DNA of 64,000 bases from Candidatus Woesearchaeota archaeon (lineage in GTDB: Archaea > Nanobdellota > Nanobdellia > Woesearchaeales > WJKL01), in the NCBI GenBank assembly GCA_014729675.1, contig WJJM01000039.1:1479-65478 (forward strand), read 5' to 3'. Below the pieces are notes generated by a model. It did no database searches and had not been told where the DNA came from. It saw nothing but the letters and a program-made list of their open reading frames with translations. Below, one piece after another: positions 49,413-59,722 of this stretch; position 1 is the first letter of the stretch; the number at the start of each line of letters is the position of its first letter. The translations under genes and the position numbers were made by a program.

Positions 49413-50924
49413 TTATTTTACCCCCTCATAGTTTGGCGCCTCTTTTATCATCTTTAGGTCATGCGGATGACTTTCCTTCAATCCAGCAGGGCTTATCCTG
49501 TCAAATCTAACATTTTCATGAAGCGCTTTTATATTTTCAGCCCCTGCATAGCCCATCCCTGATCTAAGGCCTCCAAGATACTGGAATATGATATTTCTTA
49601 CAGAGCCTTTATAGGGAACTCCCCCTTCTATGCCCTCTGGCACCAGCTTGTCCTTTGAAGATTTTTCTTGTTTGTATCTTTCTTTTGAGCTTTCTGATCC
49701 TTTCATGGCTTTTAGAGAGCCCATGCCTATATATTCTTTGTACAGGTTACCTTTATCATCAGTCTTTATATCTCCTGGTGATTCTTCTGTTCCTGCAAAA
49801 AGGCTTCCAGTCATTATAGAGGATGCTCCTGCTGCAAGTGCTTTTGTTATATCTCCTGGATATCTTATCCCACCATCTGCTATCACAGGCCTCCCATATT
49901 TTTCTCCTGCTTTTGCAGTTTCATGAATTGCGCTGACCTGGGCCCTTCCTGCGCCTGAGACTATCCTTGTCGTGCAGATGGATCCAGGGCCTACACCTAC
50001 TTTTACTGCATCTGCTCCTGCCTTGAAAAGGTATTCAGCCCCTTCGTAGGTTGCAGCATTGCCTGCTATAATATCAAATTCATGACTGCTGAACTGTTTT
50101 TTTAGTTCTAAGACAGTGTCTCTTACATTTTTTGAATGGCCGTGTGCGGTTCCTACAAGAAGAGCATCGCACTTCTTTTTAAGAAGCCTTTCAGCTCTTT
50201 CAAAATCATGGACACCTACATTTGCACCCACTACCAACTGGCCTTTTTTGTCCCTGTTGTATAAAGGAGTAATGCCTTCGATTATAGATTTTACATCTGT
50301 ATAACAGAACAGGCCTTTTGGAGTATTTTCTTCTGTTATTATCAGTTTTGCGATCCTGTTGGTCTTCATAAAATCATAAGCTTCCTGAACTGTAAAATCT
50401 TTTTCAGAGGTTACAGGATTGCTGACCATGTAATCTTTGACAATCTCTGAACCATGTCCAAACTGGTATTTATCTTTGGTAAGAAGTCCTGTCACCTTGT
50501 TTTCCTTGTCCACTACAACCAGGGAAGAGAATTTATTTCCGTAATGCTCTAACTTTTTAGCAGCATCTTCTAATGTATCAGATTCAAAGACAGTTACAGG
50601 ATTTTCTATCCTTGCATTGAATGTATATTTTACTTCATCAAGCCAGTCTTCCTGTTCCTCTATGCTGCTTTTCCACAGGAATCCAATGCCTCCTTGTTTT
50701 GCAAGCTCGATAGCCATATCTGCTTCTGTAACAGTACTCATATCTGCGCTTGTTATCGGAGAATTCAATGGGATGTTTGCTGACAGCCTTGTTTCAAGAT
50801 CAACATCTGAAGGCACTACCTCGCTTTTTCCAGGCTTTATAAGAACATCATCGAAAGTCAGGCCTTCAAACTCAAACTTCTTAAAGAAATCATTTAAATA
50901 AACATTAGCCATTTTTCCCACCAT
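49413..50924 (-). CDS. guaB: Inosine-5-prime-monophosphate dehydrogenase with tandem CBS domains
   Basis: Catalytic loop [34 protein letters not shown]; CBS pair in N-terminal half. Confidence 0.85.
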   Translation of the reverse strand: MVGKMANVYLNDFFKKFEFEGLTFDDVLIKPGKSEVVPSDVDLETRLSANIPLNSPITSADMSTVTEADMAIELAKQGGIGFLWKSSIEEQEDWLDEVKYTFNARIENPVTVFESDTLEDAAKKLEHYGNKFSSLVVVDKENKVTGLLTKDKYQFGHGSEIVKDYMVSNPVTSEKDFTVQEAYDFMKTNRIAKLIITEENTPKGLFCYTDVKSIIEGITPLYNRDKKGQLVVGANVGVHDFERAERLLKKKCDALLVGTAHGHSKNVRDTVLELKKQFSSHEFDIIAGNAATYEGAEYLFKAGADAVKVGVGPGSICTTRIVSGAGRAQVSAIHETAKAGEKYGRPVIADGGIRYPGDITKALAAGASSIMTGSLFAGTEESPGDIKTDDKGNLYKEYIGMGSLKAMKGSESSKERYKQEKSSKDKLVPEGIEGGVPYKGSVRNIIFQYLGGLRSGMGYAGAENIKALHENVRFDRISPAGLKESHPHDLKMIKEAPNYEGVK

Positions 50925-50985
50925 TTATATTTCCTTGTGAAATAGATTATATTTATATTTTTGTTTTCTGTATCAGTGACGAAGA

Positions 50986-52557
50986 TTAAACTTTCAAACC
51001 TTTCTGGCCTTTTCTTTTCAATGGGGAAGCTATCTCTACTTTCTGGCCAACCTGTTCTTTTATCTTGATGGCTGTCTTTTTTCCTACTATCTGTGAGAGC
51101 TTTAGCGGGTCTGATCTCTTGACATCTCTTATGGTCTTTATCCTGTTGCTGAAGAGTTTTCTTGCCCTTACCCTGCCTATGCCTTTAAGCTTTAATAAAG
51201 GAAGCAGTTCTTCTTTTGCTCCGTGCTTGAGCCTAAGCCTTAGCTTTGTGAGTTCTTTTAGGATGTCTTTCTTTTTTATCATCCTTGCAAATTCTGTTGA
51301 GCAGTAGAAAAGCCAGTCAGCAAGGTTAAGCTTTATCCTTGTCTCTCCAGGCCTTATCGAGTATTTTTCAAGGATGGCCTCTTCATCTATCTCGTTTATC
51401 CAGTCTTTGAAGAACAATGCTGTCTTTACAGAGTTAAGGAACTCCACATATTCTTCGTCATACATAGAAGGTTCTTCCTGGAGCATAGAATCAGAATATT
51501 TTACAAGAGCTTCTTCTATATCCTCGTATTCTTTTTTCCTTACTCTTAATAGAGGCCTCATCTCTAAGGTTGAGGCGATCATCTGCAGGAAGGAAAGCTC
51601 TGAGATCTCTTTTTTTTCAGATGCTTTTAATGCCTGGATAATATGGTTGGCTGTGTAAGGATCTATATATAGTTCTGCAACCCTTTTCCCTATTGGCGTA
51701 GCTTTGTATTCATGGTTGAACATGTCTGCTGCTGACTGGAACTCATTTTCCTCTTCAGTCGAGGTTATGAATCTATAGTCTTTCAACAGTTTCAGCATCT
51801 TTTCTATGATTGAAGTTAGTTTAGTCATGTCCTTGTACTGGAATGCCCAGAATGTTTTTGAGAAAAAATCTATTATCTGTTTCTTGTCCTTTACAAATCC
51901 TGCTGCTATCAGTGAAAGAAGATAGGTTCTTAAGACAGGCTCGACTGCAAGTTTGGAGTATACTTCTTCCGGCTCTCCTTTTACATATCTTTCATAAATC
52001 TCATCTTTTATAGGCTCAGTTGAAGCTATGGCTATAGCCTGGCCTGTTATGTCATATTTCGGGCGGCCAGCGCGGCCAGCCATCTGAAGATATTCCAATG
52101 TAGGGATCCAATCAAGACCTCTGTGTCCGAATCTTCTTAGGTCTTTCATTATTGCTCTATAGGCCGGCAAGTCGAGGCCAAAACTAAGTGTCGGCGTGGC
52201 ACAGATAGTTTTTATCAACCCTTTCCTGAAGCTGTCTTCTATAATCTCTTTCTGCTTATGGACAAGGCCTGCATGATGAAAAGCTATTCCTTTTTTTAGG
52301 CAGAAAGCAAGACGTTTGCACTGCTTTGTAGGTGTTGATAATGTGTTTAATGCCTTTTCTGAAAGCTCTTCATATTCTTTTGTTTCTTTTTCTGACAATG
52401 ATCTTTGTTTTCCTATTGCTTTTGCTATATCTTCTGCTGTCTTCTCTGCTGAGCGTTTTGTGTTTGCAAATACAATAGCCTGTTTTAGCTTGTTTATCGT
52501 GTCAAGAACTAAGTCTATTGTCTGGTCTCCTGTCTCTGAAGCTATTGTCTCATGCAT
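50986..52557 (-). pseudogene. Hel308/Ski2-like DNA helicase lacking the N-terminal RecA1 (Walker A/DEAD) domain: truncated gene or split gene
   Basis: Begins at RecA2 domain (TPTLSFGLDLPAYRAIM...QMAGRAGRPKYD motif VI), then winged-helix, ratchet and HhH (LKGIGRVRARKL). Upstream in-frame sequence hits a stop after about 40 non-helicase codons; region upstream is the 47-bp tandem array. Confidence 0.5.
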
Positions 52558-52706
52558 ATCTGTTGAGAAAGAGAGAAGGTATTTAAAATTGTTTATTATT
52601 GGCTGTTTGATTAGTATGTTGATATCTAACCTGCTTTTGGTTATTTTTAAGTCAGGAAATTTTTTGTATAGAATAATTCAATCTTAGTCTCTAAGTCAGG
52701 AAAACC

Positions 52707-52847
52707 TGCCCTGCGATCAGGATTTTCAATCCTAATCTTTAGGTCAACATAGTTGCCCTGCGATCAGGATTTTCAATCCTAATCTTTAGGTCAACATAGT
52801 TGCCCTGCGATCAGGATTTTCAATCCTAATCTTTAGGTCAACATAGT
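52707..52847 (+). repeat. Perfect tandem array, 3 x 47 bp (tgccctgcgatcaggattttcaatcctaatctttaggtcaacatagt), representing the 5-prime module of the dispersed element family
   Basis: Seen directly; unit contains taggtcaaca.agttgccctgcgat shared with copy A 5-prime end; a partial fourth unit precedes. Confidence 0.8.
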
Positions 52848-52964
52848 ACATGTGATAACATTTTAAAATAAAATTCAATATTTTTCTTCTAAGTCAGCAT
52901 AGCTACATTGCAATTATTATTACCAATTAAAGTTTTCATATGTAATAATCTAAAAATCCCTATC

Positions 52965-53142
52965 GATAACGCTCGCTTTGCTCGCTAACCTTACCACTGA
53001 GACAGAGGCGTTAAGTTCTGGTTTAGATTAAAAGGACTGAGCACTCGACTTAAATCGGAGAGAGACTGTGCACGAGCAGGTTTCCAGACGAGTGAAACGA
53101 GTCTGACTTTTCACCTACGAGTGCCACAAATGGGATTGAAAG
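52965..53142 (+). repeat. Copy C core of dispersed GC-rich structured element family
   Basis: gataacgctcgctttgctcg...gagacagaggcgttaagttctgg...gagactgtgcacga...hairpin CAGAC-11nt-GTCTG...gagtgccacaaatgggattgaaag. Confidence 0.6.
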
Positions 53143-53269
53143 TTCTAATTCTGCTTTTTATCAAAAAATAAAATATGCCAAAAATAATTTACTATGGGCA
53201 GGATTTCAATAATAGATTAAAGCCTGACTTAGAAATAGAATTAAAAACTTTTAAAATCAAGATAAAAAA

Positions 53270-55522
53270 CTATCTGTCATGAGGGATGTAATAAACAACC
53301 ATCTCTCCTGATTCTGCTTTCCTGGCTGGTCTTGGCCTTTCTGAGACTATAACTGAAAATTCTTTTTCAATATAGTCTGTGCCGTCAGAGATTACTGCTT
53401 TTACTTTTTTTGTTCCAGGAGTTACAAAGTATCTTTTCAGTTTTGGCTTTGAGTCTTCTATCTTCTCGAAAAGGCCTGTTTTCCATGTGTATGTAAGGTT
53501 GTCTTCATCAGGGTCAGAGGCTTCTATAGTGAATAATACTGACTGGCCTGTATATATCTTTTCTTTTGACTGTTCTGCTTTTTCTATAACAGGGGCTCTG
53601 TTTACGTCATTTACTATGATAGTTGCCTTGTAGCCGCTAGTGTTTGTGCCGTCATCTGCTATAAACACCACATCATAATCCTTTTGCTCTTCTTCTTTAA
53701 GCACTGCATCGTAGGAAGGCTTCCAGCTAAGGCTGTCATTTGTAAATGTTGAGTTGTCTGGCTTTTGTTCAACTGAAACCTCTATATCTTCTCCGTCAGG
53801 ATCTGAGACTTCTGGAGTTATGGTTACTGTCTCTCCTTCATCTGTTTCACCAGGTTTTATATTTTTGAACTCTGGAGGCCTGTTTACGTTCTTAACTGTA
53901 AGTGTGAAACTTGTACTGTCTTCTAATTCTCCGTCAGAAGCAGAGACATTTATCACGTAGGTTCCTGCAGAATCATATCCTGTCTTCCACTCTCCGTTGT
54001 TTCCTACAGGCTCTGATATATAGAATGCAACCCTGTCATTGTCATATTCAATCACTTTTGGATTGATCCTGATAGTGTCTCCTTCTTTTATAGTAATATC
54101 CTCCAGTTCCAATAATCTAGGCGGCCTGTTTACGTTCTCAACTGTTATCTTTATTGTCTGGGATGATGATTTTTCCTTTCCTGCAGCAGTAACATCTATA
54201 TAGAAGTTTTTAATGTCTCTGTATACTATGCTGTCTAGCCTTATCTTTTGCAGGATACTGTTCAACTTGTTGTCGGGTTTTTGTATAGTCTCGTAATCTG
54301 TTGAAAATGATATTATGTTTCCTGTTATCTGTGCATTTTCCGGCAGGGACTCTGCTGTGAAGGTTACCATATCTCCGTCAGGATCTGTAGCTTTAAGCTT
54401 TATATTTACATTTTCTTCTTCTTTTATATTTATCGATTCAACCTCTTCAAAAACAGGAGCACGGTCAACATCAAGAACAGTTATAAGCACTTCTGTCTCA
54501 TCTACAAGTTTTCCGTCTGTTACCATGACATTAATAGGGTATACACCTGCATCATCATAGCCAGTTTCCCATATCTTGTCGTTTCCTATGGGTTCTGCTA
54601 TGGAATATTTTAGCTCGTCTCCGTCAGGATCTTCTGCTTTAAGATCCAGCTTGACTGTTTCCCCTTCTTTTACTGAGATATCTCTTATATGTTCTATCGA
54701 AGGGGCTCTGTTTACATTTTCAACCTCTAAATTCCAGGATTCTGAGATTATATAATCTCCGTCAGATACTTTAACCTCGACTTCATGGCTTCCTGCTGAA
54801 TCATAGTCAGCTTTATATGTATAATCCTCATCTGAAGAGACCTCTTCTTCATCCAAAAGCCAGATATAGCTTAATTTATCTTTGTCAGGATCTTCTGCAG
54901 AGACTGAAAATTCGACTTCTTCTGTCTCGTCTATGCTTATCTCTTTTTCTTCAGGATCAGAATCTTCTATAGATGGTTCTCTGTTAAGGTTTTCTACAGT
55001 AAGTTTGAAATCATAAGAAGTTGTATGCTGGCCGTCTGTGGCTGTTATAGTTACAGAATATTCTCCTGCGTCTTCGTAACCAGTCTTCCACTCCATGTCA
55101 TCTCCAACCGGGTCTGATACAGAAATAGTAAGGTCTTCTATATCTTCATCTTCTATAACAGGGGAAATCTCCACTGTTTCAGTCTCTTTGATTACTACAT
55201 TATCTATAGGCTCTATGATCGGAGGCCAGTTTACCTTGTTCACTATAAGAAGGACACTTTTTGTTGTTTTTGCCGAACCGTCTGAGACAGTTATGTTCAG
55301 AGGGTATTTACCATAATCTCCATATGTTGTCTGCCATTGGCCTGTAGAGTTAAGAGGAGAAGGATAATCTATAGTTAAGTTGTCTTCATCAGCATCCTGA
55401 GCATCTACCTTTATATTCACCAGCTCTGTCTCATCAACTTCTATCTCTTTTACACTTTCAGAAACAACTATGCTGCTAAGTACAAGAAAGAAAAAAAAGA
55501 TTGAAATTGAAGTTTTTTTCAT
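53270..55522 (-). CDS. Secreted surface protein with about 7 tandem Ig-like (cadherin-like / He_PIG-type) domains
   Basis: Signal peptide; recurring VNR(A/P)P..E.....(K/E)EGE.V...........DPDGD.L.Y.........W.TGYD.AG.Y...V.VSDG motif. Confidence 0.6.
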   Translation of the reverse strand: MKKTSISIFFFFLVLSSIVVSESVKEIEVDETELVNIKVDAQDADEDNLTIDYPSPLNSTGQWQTTYGDYGKYPLNITVSDGSAKTTKSVLLIVNKVNWPPIIEPIDNVVIKETETVEISPVIEDEDIEDLTISVSDPVGDDMEWKTGYEDAGEYSVTITATDGQHTTSYDFKLTVENLNREPSIEDSDPEEKEISIDETEEVEFSVSAEDPDKDKLSYIWLLDEEEVSSDEDYTYKADYDSAGSHEVEVKVSDGDYIISESWNLEVENVNRAPSIEHIRDISVKEGETVKLDLKAEDPDGDELKYSIAEPIGNDKIWETGYDDAGVYPINVMVTDGKLVDETEVLITVLDVDRAPVFEEVESINIKEEENVNIKLKATDPDGDMVTFTAESLPENAQITGNIISFSTDYETIQKPDNKLNSILQKIRLDSIVYRDIKNFYIDVTAAGKEKSSSQTIKITVENVNRPPRLLELEDITIKEGDTIRINPKVIEYDNDRVAFYISEPVGNNGEWKTGYDSAGTYVINVSASDGELEDSTSFTLTVKNVNRPPEFKNIKPGETDEGETVTITPEVSDPDGEDIEVSVEQKPDNSTFTNDSLSWKPSYDAVLKEEEQKDYDVVFIADDGTNTSGYKATIIVNDVNRAPVIEKAEQSKEKIYTGQSVLFTIEASDPDEDNLTYTWKTGLFEKIEDSKPKLKRYFVTPGTKKVKAVISDGTDYIEKEFSVIVSERPRPARKAESGEMVVYYIPHDR

Positions 55523-55545
55523 TTTAAAATTAAAAAAATAAAAAA

Positions 55546-56652
55546 TTATTCCTCCTGAACAATGTCTATTATTTCAGGAGCTTTGTTTATGTCTTCTACG
55601 ATTACAGTCACTTCGAGAGTTGTTGTTGATTCTTCATCTTCAGCTTTGATAGTCACTGTATATTCTCCGTGGTCTGTGTAGTCGGTTTCCCAGGTTCCAT
55701 CGTTCCCTACCGGGTCTGAGATAGTTACTGTGACATCGTCTTCATTAAGGTCTGTCACTTCAGGCTCAAGCACCAGAGTGTCTCCTTCCTGTATCTCTAT
55801 GAACTCTTCAACACCTTCTATTTTTGGAGCTACATTTTTTTTGTTGATAGTTACTTTTACTGTCTGTTCTGATTCAAGCTCTTCGTCAGTGGCTTTTATG
55901 ATTATATCATACTCTCCATTGTCAGTATAGCCTGTCTCCCAGATGCCGTCGTTCCCTACCGGGTCTGAGATAGTTACAGTAACTTCATCGCCGTTTGGAT
56001 CTGCGATAACAGGTTCAAGCACAAGTGTTTCTCCTTCATCAAGTGAAACGCTCTTGATGTTTTCTATCTCCGGAGCTACATTTACCTTCTCAACAACAAG
56101 CAATACATCTTTTGATGTTTCTGCTTTACCATCTGTAGCTGTAACTGTTACAAGATACTCCCCAGCATCTCCGTAATCTGTCTGCCATCTTCCGTCCTCA
56201 TCCAATGGTGATGTGAAAGTATATGTGATATCGTCTTCGTCAAGATCTTTTGCTTTAGGCTTTAGGCTTACTTTTTCGCCTTCTTTTACATCGATAGTTA
56301 TATCGGCTTTAAGGTCTTCTGCTACCTCTTCAACAACTTCTTCTGCTACCTCTTCAACAACTTCTTCTGCAGTCTCTTCAACAACTTCTTCTGTTTCTTC
56401 AACAACTTCTTCTGTCTCTTCTACTTCTTCAGATGTTTCTTTTTCAAGTTTATCTGTAGCTTCTTCGGTTTCTTGTTCCAGCTCTTCTATCAGCTCATCA
56501 AGCTCGTCTTCTGACTCATCTTCGTCTTTTTCAGTCAGCAGGGAATATGGCTTATCTTCCTCGACATTGCCTGCTATGTAATCTGAAACAGCGCAGCCTG
56601 TCATCAAGACAGCTATCATAAGAATTCCTGCAATCATTAGTTTATTTTTCAT
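55546..56652 (-). CDS. Lipoprotein-signal surface protein with acidic E/V/T low-complexity linker and three Ig-like domains
   Basis: MKNKLMIAGILMIAVLMTGC lipobox-like; EEVVEETEEVVEE repeats (DNA-level tandem repeats about 56330-56420); VN(V/K)APEI...D.N.D.VT.T...P...DG.WETDY.D.GEY domain x3. Confidence 0.55.
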   Translation of the reverse strand: MKNKLMIAGILMIAVLMTGCAVSDYIAGNVEEDKPYSLLTEKDEDESEDELDELIEELEQETEEATDKLEKETSEEVEETEEVVEETEEVVEETAEEVVEEVAEEVVEEVAEDLKADITIDVKEGEKVSLKPKAKDLDEDDITYTFTSPLDEDGRWQTDYGDAGEYLVTVTATDGKAETSKDVLLVVEKVNVAPEIENIKSVSLDEGETLVLEPVIADPNGDEVTVTISDPVGNDGIWETGYTDNGEYDIIIKATDEELESEQTVKVTINKKNVAPKIEGVEEFIEIQEGDTLVLEPEVTDLNEDDVTVTISDPVGNDGTWETDYTDHGEYTVTIKAEDEESTTTLEVTVIVEDINKAPEIIDIVQEE

Positions 56653-56798
56653 TTAAAAATCCCCCTCCGTAATGTATTTTTAATTGTTTAGTGTCAATAA
56701 ATAGAACTCATATAAATAATTTACTATTTTAAAATAGCAAAAATATTGTCACAATGTCATGACGAATAAACAGGATATCTGTTTTTAGAGTGATAGAA

Positions 56799-56943
56799 AT
56801 GATGAGCCCTCGTATTCGAACTAAGGATTAGCATCCTTAGGAACCTGTTGGACTATCCCTCACTTTGCTCGGGATAGGCCGAAACAAGAGCAGGAAAATG
56901 ATGAGCCCGCCGTGATTTGAACACGGGACCTCCGCCTGTCTGA
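56799..56943 (+). other. Two elements of about 45-90 nt each, each starting AAATGATGAGCCC (box C-like RUGAUGA), second ends CTGA: candidate box C/D sRNA(s) or degenerate tRNA-derived sequences
   Basis: ATGATGA at 56799 and 56898; CTGA at 56940; GC-rich; minus strand carries tRNA-like T-arms (CCGTG-TTCAAAT-CACGG) but no full cloverleaf could be folded. Confidence 0.2.
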
Positions 56944-57124
56944 AACCGAAGAGCAAGACTATGGTGCTTTCGATCAGATATATCAGAGCGGCGCTCTATT
57001 GTCCATAAGCAAATATATGGCTTATACCAGACTAAGCAACGGGCTCAGTAATAAAAGGTGCCCTGGGGCAGACCCAGGGCTCTGGCATAAATACTTGTTT
57101 AAATGTGTTCATGCCCATATTGTA

Positions 57125-57211
57125 CGCCCCGAGCAAGACTCGAACTTGCGACCTTGCGGTTTCAGCTTTTGGCTTAACAGCCGCACGCTCTACCTGCTAA
57201 GCTATCGGGGC
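57125..57211 (-). tRNA. tRNA-Asn (anticodon GTT) with about 14-nt intron after position 37
   Basis: Acceptor GCCCCGA/TCGGGGC, D-arm GCTT-AGCAGGTA-GAGC, anticodon stem TGCGG/CCGCA, loop CTGTTA(A), T-arm GCAAG-TTCGAGT-CTTGC, discriminator G. Confidence 0.6.
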
Positions 57212-57278
57212 ATCTAGCAGAAAGGAATTATGATGATTTATAAAAGTTTCTTTTTAAGGGCTGGAAAAACAAACCTAA

Positions 57279-58553
57279 ATGTTTTTATATTGGCATTTAT
57301 TATATATAGGTATGAGGCGCGAAGCACTGGAAATAAGCCGCAGCATCAAGGAATTTATAGATTCTGCTAATAATATCATCTCTGAAGCAAGGCAGGAGCT
57401 GGCAGAAAGCAGGGAAATATCTGCATTCCTGAAAGGCAAGACAGGGCAGATGCTTGAGAAGACTATCCATGTTCTTGAGACATACGATGACTTTCTTAAA
57501 GCTGCAGGATTCAAGAAAACTATCAAGAAGATAAAAAAAGCGCTGATTAAGTGTTCTATCCTGGCTGAGAGACTAGATAAAAGCAATTTTCATAAATTTA
57601 AAGCATGGATGGAGATTGTAGAGAATCTTTCAAGAGAGATAAACTCGATATTAACTACATTGATCGGATCAAGAAGCTTATCCCATGGGTGGGTTCTTGA
57701 CCAGTTAAGAAGAGAAGAAAATTTTTTGCTGATACTGCATAGGCTCGGGAGTTCCAGAAGAAAAAATAAGGGAATAGAAAGGGATGTGGATATAGCAAAT
57801 AATATCGCAAGGACAGTACAGCTGCATCAAAAAAGTTTCTTAAGGACATTTCAGATATCTATGGACAGCGATATGTTCTGGATAGAGCATAAAGGCAGGG
57901 CAAGTATCTATTTTGGGCATCCGTCAACTGCAAGGCACCTGCTGAAAGTAAGAAAAGCAAAACAGGTAATGGCCCTTAGAAACAAGTCTGGAGTTGCACT
58001 TCCAGAAAACGTGTTCAAAAGGATGGATCCTGAACTACATATAAGCATAGAGCTGAAATTCGGCATAGGCGACAGCTGGAAAGCGGTCAAAACACTGATT
58101 GACACATTAAATGATTACGGGCTGCTGCAGAGGGTTACATTCCAGTCACAAAACCTTTATCTTCTGGATCTTGTGAAGAGTTATTCACGAAAACTTCCGA
58201 CATTTCTTTTTTCAAAAGGAAGAAGCCTTATGCGATTTCATCTGCCTATCCACTTTTCCTGGAATGAGATGTTTAACAAACCAGCACATCTCTCATTATC
58301 CTGCCTTCCGGGTTATGTGGATGGAATGATGGAGCATAATCCTCCAAAAGACATAATAAGATACAAGGCATATGCAGATTCCTTCAAGAAACAGGGGAAA
58401 TTATGCATGCCTTTTATAATCAATGCATTCATGAGAACGCAACATGGAAAAACTGCAAGAAACAGGATAATGCAGGCATATCTTGCAGGCTGCCATGGCG
58501 GCTTTGTAGAAAAGAGTTCTGTAGAGCCTTTGATAGACCTCATAAAAGACTAA
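57279..58553 (+). CDS. Hypothetical protein; C-terminal half weakly glycerophosphodiester-phosphodiesterase-like
   Basis: IELKFG and VTFQSQN segments reminiscent of GDPD motifs; N-terminal 190 aa helical; weak. Confidence 0.3.
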   Translation: MFLYWHLLYIGMRREALEISRSIKEFIDSANNIISEARQELAESREISAFLKGKTGQMLEKTIHVLETYDDFLKAAGFKKTIKKIKKALIKCSILAERLDKSNFHKFKAWMEIVENLSREINSILTTLIGSRSLSHGWVLDQLRREENFLLILHRLGSSRRKNKGIERDVDIANNIARTVQLHQKSFLRTFQISMDSDMFWIEHKGRASIYFGHPSTARHLLKVRKAKQVMALRNKSGVALPENVFKRMDPELHISIELKFGIGDSWKAVKTLIDTLNDYGLLQRVTFQSQNLYLLDLVKSYSRKLPTFLFSKGRSLMRFHLPIHFSWNEMFNKPAHLSLSCLPGYVDGMMEHNPPKDIIRYKAYADSFKKQGKLCMPFIINAFMRTQHGKTARNRIMQAYLAGCHGGFVEKSSVEPLIDLIKD

Positions 58554-58629
58554 ACAGATTTAAATACCGATACAACAATTATAAAGAATGGGAAAATTTA
58601 ACCTTTATTCGAGATTTGAAGGAAGATAC

Positions 58630-59193
58630 ATGAAGCAGCTTCAGGATTTCAGAGAGTGGATCTTTGCTCCTTTATTAAAAATCCTGCTTAGGTTTAGTAT
58701 AAGGCCAGACCATATCAGCCTTCTTTCAGTATTTTTCGGAATATTGTTCCTGTTTTTTATCCAAAAAAATATCAGGCTGTCATTATTTTTTTTAGTCATA
58801 TCTTTTTTTCTTGATACCCTGGACGGCACTTTAGCCAGAAAACTAGGCATATCCTCTATGGGCGGAACTATAGTTGATGCATCATCTGATACAGCAGTTA
58901 TAATATTGACATCTTTCGGCTTTTTTGTAATAGGGCTTATCCAGTTAGAAGTCCTTGTAGCTTATATTCTAACCTATATGATAATTGTGGGGCTGTCTAT
59001 CTGGAGAAACTCAAAAAACATCCCTTACATGTTTGTGATTAGGCCAAGACTTTTAGTCTATCTGTTTTTTGCCATCTATGTCATCTGGGGGATAAATATA
59101 CTTAATGTTTCGATGGCATTGTTCTCTCTGCTCATGTTTGTAGAATCTTCTTTCACTCTTAGGTTTTTCTTCTATAATAAAAAACAGAAGTGA
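58630..59193 (+). CDS. CDP-alcohol phosphatidyltransferase family protein (paralog 1)
   Basis: DTLDGTLARKLG...GGTIVDASSD = D(x)2DG(x)2AR...G(x)3D(x)3D; ATG 58630 with GGAAG SD preferred over 58588. Confidence 0.65.
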   Translation: MKQLQDFREWIFAPLLKILLRFSIRPDHISLLSVFFGILFLFFIQKNIRLSLFFLVISFFLDTLDGTLARKLGISSMGGTIVDASSDTAVIILTSFGFFVIGLIQLEVLVAYILTYMIIVGLSIWRNSKNIPYMFVIRPRLLVYLFFAIYVIWGINILNVSMALFSLLMFVESSFTLRFFFYNKKQK

Positions 59194-59722
59194 TGTTGAG
59201 AATAAGGAAAAGTATGTTGAATACTATTATAAGATACATGAAAACAGGCATGCCTGTGAAGAAGACAAAGAAGATGAGTACTGCGTCTCCCCAGACAGGA
59301 AGGTTCTTGTTGATCCGGAGATTTTTCTTATCTATAATATAGGCAAACAACGGACTGATGATGACAGTGAAAAGTGTTGCAAGGGCAAGGCTGTAGCTGA
59401 AAAAGCTGTTATATGCAAGTATGATATAGCCTGCTCTTCTTAAGATATAATCTGAGCTTTTGTCAATGATGTTTCCGAATCCTGTTACATTGTCTGTCTT
59501 TCTTGCTATCATCCCGTCAAGCCCGTCAAAGAAGTGGTCTATGATAAGGGCGGTCCCTGCAAGTATCAGCTGGTTTTTGAAGAGGAAGTATAATGAGGCA
59601 AGCTTGAATATGAGAGAGATGAGCGTGGCTCTTATAGGAGTAAGGCCTACACTGTAGAGGGCTTCAGCCAGTTTTTTGCTGTCAAGTATTCTTGCTTTTT
59701 TTCTTAAATAAGGGATTATCAT
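59159..59722 (-). CDS. CDP-alcohol phosphatidyltransferase family protein (paralog 2)
   Basis: DHFFDGLDGMIARKT...GNIIDKSSD motif. Confidence 0.65.
   Translation of the reverse strand: MIIPYLRKKARILDSKKLAEALYSVGLTPIRATLISLIFKLASLYFLFKNQLILAGTALIIDHFFDGLDGMIARKTDNVTGFGNIIDKSSDYILRRAGYIILAYNSFFSYSLALATLFTVIISPLFAYIIDKKNLRINKNLPVWGDAVLIFFVFFTGMPVFMYLIIVFNILFLILNITSVFYYRRKT

Noticed and set aside
49411-49413. purA/guaB junction as a programmed overlap or fusion
   Set aside because: purA begins one nt after the guaB stop: simple tight operon packing, not a frameshift site.
52707-52847. Possible CRISPR array (regular repeats near a helicase)
   Set aside because: Units are perfectly tandem 47-mers with no unique spacers, no partial palindrome or typical repeat length, and there are no cas genes in the window. 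It is a tandem duplication of the dispersed element's 5-prime module.
52649-52897. Target-site duplication (tctaagtcag) flanking the tandem array
   Set aside because: The motif occurs three times, not two, including once upstream of the putative left flank, so a clean TSD interpretation is not supported. Retained only as an observation within the array finding.
56799-56990. Two conventional minus-strand tRNA genes suggested by GTTCGAAT / GTTCAAAT T-loop-like sequences
   Set aside because: Could not assemble acceptor, D and anticodon arms for either. Acceptor pairing requires a bulge and no 7-nt anticodon loop is evident. Reported instead as unresolved box-C/D-like or tRNA-derived elements.
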